In this document: positions 20,243 to 28,675 of the stretch, in pieces
Numbering within the stretch: position 1 is the stretch's first letter
Layout: each line of letters starts with the position of its first letter
NCBI GenBank assembly: GCA_963829525.1
Contig: CAWHIJ010000003.1
Location: 1,888,001-1,952,000, forward strand
Direction: 5' to 3'
Source: an uncultured Actinomycetota bacterium
GTDB taxonomy: Bacteria; Actinomycetota; Actinomycetes; JAHEKZ01
Length of the DNA: 64,000 bases
Notes under the pieces: model-generated
Told to the model about the DNA's origin: nothing
The model's database searches: none
Seen by the model: the letters and a program-made list of their open reading frames with translations, nothing else
Translations under genes and position numbers: made by a program

Positions 20243-20299
20243 TGCTAACTCAGAATTGCTCTACGTCGACTACCGAATCCTGGCCGGCCCGTGGGCCGA

Positions 20300-21079
20300 T
20301 CAGGTGAGGGTGTCGAGGTACGTGTCCCACAGCTGGCCACCCCAGAGGATGGCCAGCAACGCACCGAGCAGCATGAAGGGGCCGAAAGGGATCTTGCTCT
20401 TGCGCCCGGCCTTGCGCACCAGCATCAGTGCGCCACCGATCAGGGCTCCCAGAAGGAATCCCAGGAATCCGCCGACGACGAGCACCCCCCAACCCAGCCA
20501 GCCAAGGGCAAGGCCGAGGACGCCGGCAAGCTTGACGTCACCGAAACCCATCCCGGACGGGTAGATGACCGCGAGCAGGAAGTAGAAGCCGAAGAGCGCA
20601 AGGGCCGCCAGCCAGGCCCGCAGATAGGCCGACCAGTCGCCGTCGATCGCGGCTGGCAGCAGGAAGAGCAGGCCCAGCACGACGTAGCTCGGCAGAGTAA
20701 GGACGTTGGGGAGTCTCTTGGTGTCCAGGTCGATGACGGCCAGTGCAAGACCCACGGAGGCCAGGTAGAGGTAGGGCGGCAGCTCCCAGCTCCAACCGAA
20801 GTGCCAGAGCACGACCAACCAGAGCGCTGCGTGGCCGAGCTCGACGAGCGGGTAGCGCACACTGATTGGCTCGCTGCAGTGCCGGCATCGCGCCCGCAGG
20901 AGCAGCCAGGAGACCACCGGGATGTTGTCGCGGGAGGCGATCTCGGTGCCGCATCGTGGGCACCGAGACCGCGGGGACACCACGGACTCGCCCTCGGGCA
21001 CTCGCGCAATGACGACATTCAGAAATGAACCAATGAGCAGCCCGACGATCCCGAGCAGGACAGCGAAGTAGGTCTCCAC
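20300..21079 (-). CDS. pilD: Prepilin peptidase/N-methyltransferase
   Basis: GSFLNVVIARVP, CPRC...CRHC zinc sites, DNIPVVSW, IDLD...GMGFGDVKLA, IPFGPF. Confidence 0.95.
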   Translation of the reverse strand: METYFAVLLGIVGLLIGSFLNVVIARVPEGESVVSPRSRCPRCGTEIASRDNIPVVSWLLLRARCRHCSEPISVRYPLVELGHAALWLVVLWHFGWSWELPPYLYLASVGLALAVIDLDTKRLPNVLTLPSYVVLGLLFLLPAAIDGDWSAYLRAWLAALALFGFYFLLAVIYPSGMGFGDVKLAGVLGLALGWLGWGVLVVGGFLGFLLGALIGGALMLVRKAGRKSKIPFGPFMLLGALLAILWGGQLWDTYLDTLT

Positions 21080-21129
21080 GAAGACGATCTAAGCCCGGTC
21101 GAACCCGAGAGACGGTGCGCGACGCGCCG

Positions 21130-22534
21130 TCAGCCGGTGTACTCCAGCCACAGCGTCGTGTTGACCACGCTGTAGACCGGCGCCTCGACCGACTGGTCGT
21201 AGGTGATCGTCATCCCCTGAACACTGTTGCTGCCGGCAGCAGCACAGGTGTTGTTGGCGATCAGCGCACCCTTCACCGTGGCGCTCGACGTCTGCAGGTC
21301 GATCTTGTCTCCGGCCATCATCAGGCCAGACTGAGCCGTGGAGTTGGCGCTGCCGTTGAGGTTGCCCTGGGCGATGAAGAGAACCCCACGCAGGTAGTTC
21401 TGGATGTCGAAGAGCTTCCAGTCGATGTTGCCGCCGAACTTGTTGCAGGTGGCGGCGTTGGTGTAGCCGGTGGGGGTCGTCGACTCGGCGAGCACAGTCA
21501 CCGTCTGGACGACCTGGCGAGTTGCCGTTCGCACCGATCTGCGCGTTGGCGCCATACACGTAGTAGACGCCCGGGTACGAGGTTCCGGTGTTCTGCAGCG
21601 TCCAGGTACCGGGGGTGGTGGCGTTGCCGGCTGTCCAGTACCAGCTGCGGTAGGGCGATGCCGACACCTGCGTACCTGTGCATGGACCACTCGCCGATGG
21701 CAGCTTCACGACGCCGGTATCGCAGAGGTCGTACCACTGACCCGTCACGGTGGCGTAGTCGGTGTAGACGGCACGCGGGTTGGCAACTGGAACACGCTCG
21801 GTCCCTTGGCCGGTCTTGCAGCCGCCGACGATTCCGCTACGCGCAAGCGTTGACCGTTCCGACCGCCGTGATGGCTCCCGAGACGTTCAGGCTGTTGTTG
21901 ATGCCGGTCACATTGGCGTTGGTGTGGATGTCGGCCGGCAGCCCGGCAATGGCGTTGATCGCCGACGCTTCCCGAGAAGTCGATGTTGCCGCCGGTGAGC
22001 AGCGCCTTGCCCGGGCGGTACGGCGCAAAGATGTACTCCGCCTTCAGCATCCGCTCCTTGGCGTCCACAGCCGTCCGGGACGGAGACCAACCCATGGAGA
22101 AGACGATCTGACGTCCGGGCACCTTGAAAGCCACGTACTGGCCTTGGCCGTTGCTTCGGGTACAGCTGGCCGGCAGAGCGTTCAGTGCGGCCCTGGCCCA
22201 GGCCTGTTCGGTCGCCGCGTGTGGCGAAGACCGAGGCTGCCGGCGTCGCGGGCCGGCAGGTGCTGGATGACTCGTAGGCGACGCTCGGCACCTGGTTGCG
22301 AGCTGACTGGATATTGCTCAGTTCACGGTCGATCCCCGCCTCGGATGCCGCCAACGACTGCTCGAACTTGACGTGGTCACTGCTGCTGCCGAGCGACCGG
22401 ATCGCGGTGGCGGTGATCACTGCGAGCAGGATCGCCATCATGGCGCTGATCCCGATGACCAAGATTAGGCCGATTCCCTCGTCTTGGTTGACCAGGTTGG
22501 AGAGAGTACGGGCGCGCCGATTGCTGGTGGTCAT
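21130..22534 (-). CDS. Large PilX/GspK-like minor pilin (about 470 aa, several frameshifts)
   Basis: QDEG|IGLILVIGISAMMAILL class III signal lacking Glu5, QSLAASEAGI motif. The S/T/G/N-rich beta fragments are spread over four or five ORF frames. Confidence 0.65.
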
Positions 22535-22535
22535 G

Positions 22536-23147
22536 TCAGCCCACATTCCTGATGCGTTCGGTGAAGGTTGTAGTCCGGGACGCGGAGCCGGTATTCAGCA
22601 ACGCGTCGTAGGTCAAGGTGACCTTGACGAGCTTGGTGGCTGCTGCATTCGCCGCCGAGAGCGGCACCGGCAAGCACTGGGCATCGATGTCCGCAGATGC
22701 CAAGTAGCAGAACGCAAGTTGGTTGACCAAGGTTCGTGCCTGCGTCTGCACCTGACCGCCAGCCGTCGACCGGAGCGTGTTGTACTGCACCCCTGATCCG
22801 TTGTCGACCACGGCCCAGGTGATGATCTCGTCGGCCTGCGCGGTCGCGCTCCGGATGTAGTCGGAGTTGTAGTCGATCCAGAGCACCAAGTTGCTCTCGG
22901 TCGCGCCGGCGTCAACACCACGCGAACCGCGAATGTCACGGCCTAGCCGTTCGACGACGACCCGGGTGTCAGACAGACCGGTGGCCTCGTCCTCGGCGAT
23001 CCGCACCTGCTTGTTGCTCATCATGACGGCCACCGACACGATGGCCCCAAGGATGCTGACCAATACCATCGCAACCAACAGCTCGACCAGGGTCATCCCC
23101 TCGTCACTGCGCAGGCGCGTTCTGAATGGATGCACGTCAGGCCACAT
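22536..23147 (-). CDS. Minor pilin (PilW-like)
   Basis: SDEG|MTLVELLVAMVLV class III signal peptide; LGRDIRG motif. Confidence 0.85.
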   Translation of the reverse strand: MWPDVHPFRTRLRSDEGMTLVELLVAMVLVSILGAIVSVAVMMSNKQVRIAEDEATGLSDTRVVVERLGRDIRGSRGVDAGATESNLVLWIDYNSDYIRSATAQADEIITWAVVDNGSGVQYNTLRSTAGGQVQTQARTLVNQLAFCYLASADIDAQCLPVPLSAANAAATKLVKVTLTYDALLNTGSASRTTTFTERIRNVG

Positions 23148-24781
23148 TCACGTAGAGGAACGACTTAGAGCCTGGCTGCTCGTAGTCGAGCCGAATCTTC
23201 TGCCCAGCAGTTCCGGTCGTCCAGAGTCTCACCGACAGGTTCTGCGGCGAACCCTGGACCTTGTTGGCGACGGTGAACGATGAGCTCACGGTCATGGGCA
23301 CATTCACCCGAGCCCAGGTGTTGGCCGTCGCACAGCTGACCGTGGCCGAACCGATGTCCTTGCTCGTCCAGGTGCCTGGAGACTTCTCGTTGAAGGTGCC
23401 GATGGCGCCGTTGAGCGTGACATTGGCTCCCGTCGCCGGGCAGGAGACCATGACGCTCGCCGTAGCGGTAGCGGCCGCCACCGTCTTTGTCGACGCCGGG
23501 TTCCACCGCCACTCCGCCATCTGACTCGCTGTGCTCGACGTTGCCGTATCCGCCGGTGGTCAGCGACCGACCCGTGCCGTTCCCCAGCCTCGGTGGAGTA
23601 GTTGGCGCTCGCCGGCTGGTTGAGGCACGTGTTCTCGGTCATTGAGTTGACCAGCTGGCTGGTAGTGGCGCCGCTGGTCGCGGTGATCCCGTTCCGGAAT
23701 CCGAAGGGCGTTCCCACGCCTGCCGGCGTGGGCGGTGCACACGGTGCTGACGGCGCGGTGGACGGTACCGGTCGGAGCTGGGCGATGCACTTCCTCCGGT
23801 TGAGCCAGTGGTGACGGTGACCGTGAACGGGCCGACAGCAACAGCTGCTCCCGAGGCCGTGGGCTGAGCCGACGACAAGAAGTTGAAAGTCACGCTCGAC
23901 AGCCCCCAGCTCCGTCGAGGGAATGGCGCGGTGCGCCGTTACGCAGAAGGGCGGGTTGTTGTTCGGGTCCAGCTTTCCGGTATCAGGCTGGTTGTTGCCG
24001 AGCGCCGAGTCGGTGTTGCTCAGGGTGGTGTTCTCGCCGACATCGCGACTTCCGTCGCAGTCGGTGTCGACATAGTAGGTCCAGGTGCCGGCTGACGCGC
24101 TCAGGTTGAAGGTATCCCTCGCGCCACGGTTGACCACCTGGAACCCCCAGGTGAGTGTTGTACTGGGGTTCTGGGTCACCGTCGTCGCCGACGTCGGCGT
24201 CACGCCGTAGCTGGGTAGGGGGAGCCCCCGCGTGGTTTCGGTCAACAGAGTCGAGACCACTCGCTCATGTGATGACCCGTAGGAGCTCCAGGTAACCACC
24301 GTGGTGAGCCGCTTCTGGTACGGCTGCGACGCGCTGTCGTTGGTGACTCCTGCGGGAACAGTCACGTAGGTCTTGGTGGTGTACGACGATTCCGATCCGC
24401 GGTGGCCGGCTGGGCCACGACATGCGGGCTGATCGAGCCGGTCGTCTTCGCCCAGACGTTCTCCTGGCCGATTCCGTTCGGAACCGTGTACTTCGGCGTC
24501 GCGCCGCCGGTGATCGCCGTGTCGTTGACCTGGAGGTCAGACGTCACCATGGCCAGAGTCGCGTAGTTCACCCCGCGGGCATTCTCGACGATCTTGTTGA
24601 GGACGTCGACAGCTTGCTGGTTCTGACGGGCAAGGACGGACGCCCGAACGCCAGCAATTCCTGCGGCGGCCATGGCCGAGAAGATGATGGTGGAGATCGC
24701 CAGCGCGATCACCATTTCGATCAATGTGAAGCCGTCGCTCTGCTGCGTCTGACGCAGCCGCCCGCGCAGAAATGAGATCAC
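23137..24781 (-). CDS. Large minor pilin with an adhesin-like C-terminal region (about 550 aa, frameshifted)
   Basis: SDG|FTLIEMVIALAIS signal, KRLTTVVTWSS pilin end, then S/T-rich beta domains across ORFs 24362-24859, 23304-24365, 23639-23893 and 23137-23520; AAAGGAG SD before GTG 24781. Confidence 0.65.
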
Positions 24782-24815
24782 AGCACGCTCCTTTGGTCCT
24801 CGCCCATGGCGCCCT

Positions 24816-24842
24816 ATCGACTTCGTTGAGTGGTGTCTTGAG
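24816..24842 (-). promoter_or_regulatory. sigma28-type promoter for the minor pilin operon
   Basis: Minus strand CTCAAG-N15-GTCGAT. Confidence 0.65.
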
Positions 24843-24922
24843 TGAGAGGGGGGGCGCAAGCCCCTGTTTCCGCCCTGGAATCACCCATGCGGCCTAGGTC
24901 GAGAAGCAACACGCCGGCAAAG

Positions 24923-24960
24923 CGAAGGACCCAGGCCGCCGGGGCGACCTGGGTCCTTCG
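24923..24960 (-). terminator. Terminator hairpin after the major pilin
   Basis: CGAAGGACCCAGG...CCTGGGTCCTTCG stem followed by CTTT on the minus strand. Confidence 0.75.
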
Positions 24961-24975
24961 ATGATCGGTGAAGGG

Positions 24976-25401
24976 TCAGCAGCCGCCGGCGGCGAGACCG
25001 CCCTCTTCGCTGTTGTAGTGCCAGGTCTTGCTGATGCGAGTGTTGTTCGCTTCGATGCAGTACGCCTGTCCGTTGTTGACGAGCCCCGAAGTGACAGCGG
25101 TGTCAGGGTCGGAGATCTTGACGTCCGTGGTGTCACCGTTGGTCGAGGTGACAGTCACAACCTGGCCAGCCTGGCCGGTGGTGCCGTAGGCCTGCGTGTC
25201 AGTGAAGAACGACTCCAACTCGTTCGCCACGGCGCGCAGGTCAGACTTCATGCCGGACTCCGTCGCCTTGTTGCGCTGGTTCAGGAAGACCGGGATTGCG
25301 ATGGCGGCAAGAATGCCGATGATGATGATGACGACCAGGAGCTCGATGAGGGTGAAGCCGCCTTCACGCTCCTCCATGGCCTTGCGAATTCGAGCGAGCA
25401 T
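24976..25401 (-). CDS. pilA: Major type IV pilin
   Basis: MLARIRKAMEEREGG|FTLIELLVVIIIIGILAAIAIPVFLNQR, KSDLR, C-terminal Cys pair; has its own promoter and terminator. Confidence 0.93.
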   Translation of the reverse strand: MLARIRKAMEEREGGFTLIELLVVIIIIGILAAIAIPVFLNQRNKATESGMKSDLRAVANELESFFTDTQAYGTTGQAGQVVTVTSTNGDTTDVKISDPDTAVTSGLVNNGQAYCIEANNTRISKTWHYNSEEGGLAAGGC

Positions 25402-25486
25402 TGTTGTCCCTTTCCAACTGTCGGTGAGCCGTGCGGCGCTCGCCCTTGGGTGATCCGTCACGGACAAGTCCGCTCCGGAGTCAGCC

Positions 25487-25556
25487 GAGGTAGCTGGGCC
25501 GACCACTGAGGTCCCCTGGCTTTGCGACCCTGCCTTGCGACAGGTGTGCCGTTTCT
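25487..25556 (-). ncRNA. c-di-GMP-I (GEMM) riboswitch aptamer in the pilA 5' UTR
   Basis: Minus strand GAAAC-GGCACA-CCTGTC-GCAA-GGCAGG-GTCGCAAA-GCCAGGGGACC-TCAGT-GGTCGGCCCAGCTACC: GNRA-capped P2, conserved CGCAAAGCC and CTACC. Confidence 0.8.
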
Positions 25557-25583
25557 GGCCGGTTGGCTCTTTACGGATACTTC

Positions 25584-25610
25584 TTCGACCCAGCGATGGG
25601 GCACCTTTAG
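25584..25610 (-). promoter_or_regulatory. sigma28-type promoter for pilA, upstream of the riboswitch
   Basis: Minus strand CTAAAG-N15-GTCGAA. Confidence 0.7.
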
Positions 25611-25630
25611 CACCCGAAGTCACGGGTTGG

Positions 25631-26851
25631 TTACTTGATGAGGTCGAAGATCTTGAAGATCGGCATGTACATCGCCACGATCATCGCCCCGACAATGCCA
25701 CCAAGGAACGCGATCATGAGCGGTTCGATCAGCGAGGTCAGCGCCTCTGTGGTGGCCTCGACCTCTTGGTCGTAGAACTCCGAGATCTTGTGCAACATCT
25801 CATCCAGTGCACCGGTGTCCTCACCGACCGACATCATCTGCACCACCATGGGTGGAAAGACCTTGTGATGGGCTAGCGGCGCCGTCAGCGACTCACCGTT
25901 GCGCACGCTCTCTTGGACGTCTCTCACCGCCTTGGCGACCACGCTGTTACCGGAGGTGTCCGCCACGATGTCCAGGCTCTGCAGGATTGGCACACCAGCA
26001 TGCAGCATCGTTCCGAAGTTGCGGGTGAATCGGCTGAGGGCGATCTTCTGGAAGAGACCGCCGAAGACCGGCATCTTCAGCTTCAACGGGTCGAGGAAGT
26101 TGCGCACCTGCTCCTTGTGCTTGACCCGCTTCCACACGATCATGAAGACGATCAGCCCGATGATGATGAACGGAAAGAACGTCTTCAGCAGGTGGCTCAT
26201 GTTCACCAGGATCTGGGTGGGCAACGGCAGCTTGGCCCCGAGACCTTCGAACATCTTGGCGAAGACCGGCACGATGAAGAGCAGCATTCCGGTCACGGCC
26301 AGCATGGCCATCACGAAGACCACCACGGGGTAGGTCATGGCACTCTTGATCTTGCCCTTCAGCTTGACCTCAGCCTCGTAGTTCTCAGCGATCTGCAACA
26401 GCACGCCGTCGAGGAAGCCACCGACCTCACCGGCTCTGACCATGTTGATCATCAGCGGTGGAAAGACCTCAGGATGCTGGGCCAGCGCCCCAGAGAGTGG
26501 ATTGCCGGTCTCGACGTCGTTGCGCACCTCGGCAAGAACCTTGGCGAGCGTCTTGTTCTCGGTTTGCTCCGAGAGGATGTTGAGCGCACGAAGGAGGGAG
26601 AGCCCAGAGTTGATCATCGTCGCGAACTGTCGAGACATGATCGACAGGTCCTTTAGCTTCACCTTGCCGCCGAAGCCGGGAATCTTCAGCTCGGTCTTCA
26701 TTCCGCTGCTGGCCTTGGAGATGCTGACCGTGGCGTAGCCCATGCTGCTCAGCTTCTGTGCAACAGCCGACTGCGACTCCGCTTCAAGCGTGCCCGAGAC
26801 GATCTTTCCGGTCTTGTCGCGGACCTGATACTGGAAGGTCGTGGTTCCCAT
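25631..26851 (-). CDS. pilC: Type IV pilus platform protein PilC (T2SS F family)
   Basis: SRQFATMINSGL, RAGEVGG, KIKSAMTYP, VGEDTGAL, LIEPLMI. Confidence 0.93.
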   Translation of the reverse strand: MGTTTFQYQVRDKTGKIVSGTLEAESQSAVAQKLSSMGYATVSISKASSGMKTELKIPGFGGKVKLKDLSIMSRQFATMINSGLSLLRALNILSEQTENKTLAKVLAEVRNDVETGNPLSGALAQHPEVFPPLMINMVRAGEVGGFLDGVLLQIAENYEAEVKLKGKIKSAMTYPVVVFVMAMLAVTGMLLFIVPVFAKMFEGLGAKLPLPTQILVNMSHLLKTFFPFIIIGLIVFMIVWKRVKHKEQVRNFLDPLKLKMPVFGGLFQKIALSRFTRNFGTMLHAGVPILQSLDIVADTSGNSVVAKAVRDVQESVRNGESLTAPLAHHKVFPPMVVQMMSVGEDTGALDEMLHKISEFYDQEVEATTEALTSLIEPLMIAFLGGIVGAMIVAMYMPIFKIFDLIK

Positions 26852-26865
26852 GTGTGACGCTCCCG

Positions 26866-28509
26866 TCAGCCTCGGCCGGTAAGCCGGTTGAAGTCTTCGA
26901 TGTGGTGGCACTTCTCAGTACCGGTCTCGTACGTGATGCGTCCCTTGTTGACGAGATCGGCCAGATGCTGGTCCATGGTCTGCATGCCGAACTTCGACCC
27001 GGCCTGCATCGCGCTGTAGATCTGGTGCGTCTTCCCTTCACGAATCAAGTTCCGGATGGCTGGAGTGGCCACCAAGATCTCGCAGGCCACTACCCGCCCT
27101 TTGCCGTCAGTCGTCCTGGCCAGGGTCTGGCAGACCACCCCTTGGAGCGACTGGGCGAGCTGAGCACGCACCTGCTGTTGCTGGTGGGGAGGGAACACGT
27201 CGATCACACGGTCGATGGTCTGTGCCGCGTCCTGGGTGTGCAGCGTCGCGTAGACGAGGTGACCGGTCTCTGCGGCGGTGAGGGCAACCCCGATCGTCTC
27301 GAGGTCGCGCATTTCACCGACCAGGATGATGTCGGGGTCCTGACGTAGCACGTGCTTCAGCGCGTTCTTGAAGGACTTGGTGTCCTCGCCGACCTCACGT
27401 TGGTTCACCAGACTCATCTGGTGGCGGTGCAAGAACTCGATCGGGTCCTCACACGTCATGATGTGCTCTTTGCGCTGACGGTTCGCCAGGTCGAGGAGCG
27501 ACGCCAGGGTGGTGGACTTGCCCGAACCGGTGGGGCCGGTGACGAGGACGAATCCACGTGGAAGAGCTGCGAAGTTGGCCACCTGAGTCGGAACGCCGAG
27601 GTCCTCGAGCTTCTTGATCTCGAAGGGGATGATGCGGAAGGCAGCGCCGACGGAGTCCCGCTGGCGGTACATGTTGACGCGGAAGCGCGCCCGTCCTGGC
27701 ACGGAGTAGGCGAAGTCCAGCTCGAGCTCCTGCTCGAAGTGCTCGCGCTGGCGCTGGGTGATGGCTGCATACATGACCCGCTGGATCACCGGGGGCGTCA
27801 GCACCGGGTACTGATCCATCTGGGAAAGCTCACCATTGACGCGGATCGCCGGACGGGCACCTGCGGTGATGTGCAGGTCCGATGCGCCCATCTCCAACAT
27901 GTGCAGCAGCAGTTCAACAAGGACGATCTCGTCGCCGGCCAGGCTCGGCTCGGTGGAGACGCGGGTGTAAGCCGACTCGTCCACCTCGGTGTCCGCCAGC
28001 TCCATGGGCTCTGGAGTGGCGTACTCCTGCACGTACTCAGCTTCTGGTGCCCGAAACTCGGTCAGCTCTTCAACCTGGGCACCTTCACCCGCACCGGCAG
28101 TCTCTGAGTCGTCCGGGGTCTTGCCCTGGTCGTCGTGGAAGGCCTGGTAGTCGAAGGTGGCCGGCTCCGGGTCGCTTTCTACGTCGACGGTCGCGGCCTC
28201 CTCTGCGGCGATCGTCAGCGACATCGGAAGTCCCGAAGATGCTTCCGGGACGGTCTCCTCCGGTGCCAGCAGGGATCCGGAGTCGAACGACGTGGGGTCG
28301 AACGACGTGGGCTCGAAACTGGGCACTGCATCACCCGCGGGGTCACCAGCGGGCTCCGTCACGGCTTCATCGGCTGGGTGGGCGGCTGGCTCAGCGGTCG
28401 TCGTGGGGGCCGGCGCCGGCGTGAAGAACTCCATGTCCGAACCGGGTGCGGGAGCGTCGGGGCGAGAGTCATCACCCTGCGGCGCACCGCTGAACTCTGT
28501 GGTCTCCAC
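26866..28509 (-). CDS. pilT: Pilus retraction ATPase PilT with a ~190 aa acidic N-terminal extension
   Basis: ASDLHI, GPTGSGKSTT, EDPIE, LRQDPDIILVGEMRD, TLHT and the PilT-diagnostic AIRNLIRE; AAGGAGG SD before GTG 28509. Confidence 0.93.
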   Translation of the reverse strand: METTEFSGAPQGDDSRPDAPAPGSDMEFFTPAPAPTTTAEPAAHPADEAVTEPAGDPAGDAVPSFEPTSFDPTSFDSGSLLAPEETVPEASSGLPMSLTIAAEEAATVDVESDPEPATFDYQAFHDDQGKTPDDSETAGAGEGAQVEELTEFRAPEAEYVQEYATPEPMELADTEVDESAYTRVSTEPSLAGDEIVLVELLLHMLEMGASDLHITAGARPAIRVNGELSQMDQYPVLTPPVIQRVMYAAITQRQREHFEQELELDFAYSVPGRARFRVNMYRQRDSVGAAFRIIPFEIKKLEDLGVPTQVANFAALPRGFVLVTGPTGSGKSTTLASLLDLANRQRKEHIMTCEDPIEFLHRHQMSLVNQREVGEDTKSFKNALKHVLRQDPDIILVGEMRDLETIGVALTAAETGHLVYATLHTQDAAQTIDRVIDVFPPHQQQQVRAQLAQSLQGVVCQTLARTTDGKGRVVACEILVATPAIRNLIREGKTHQIYSAMQAGSKFGMQTMDQHLADLVNKGRITYETGTEKCHHIEDFNRLTGRG

Positions 28510-28576
28510 GTCGAGCTGCCTCCTTGGGCGTACACCACGAGCACCACCATCGGCGGTGGTACCCCTGTAGCGGTCT

Positions 28577-28603
28577 TTCGGCGTCTAGAGGTCACCCCTT
28601 GAG
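28577..28603 (-). promoter_or_regulatory. sigma28-type promoter for pilT-pilC
   Basis: Minus strand CTCAAG-N15-GCCGAA. Confidence 0.7.
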
Positions 28604-28675
28604 CCGACTCCCGGAGAACTAGTCATCGGAAGTGCACGACAGGCGTCCAATCGACCATCGGGCGTCCCACCGGGC

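Noticed and set aside
25487-25556. Possible 3',3'-cGAMP (GEMM-Ib) riboswitch variant
   Set aside because: The specificity position equivalent to G20 is G, not A.
28549-28570. Second sigma28-like site upstream of pilT (CTACAG...GCCGAT)
   Set aside because: The spacer is only 10 nt versus 14-15 nt in the six consistent copies.
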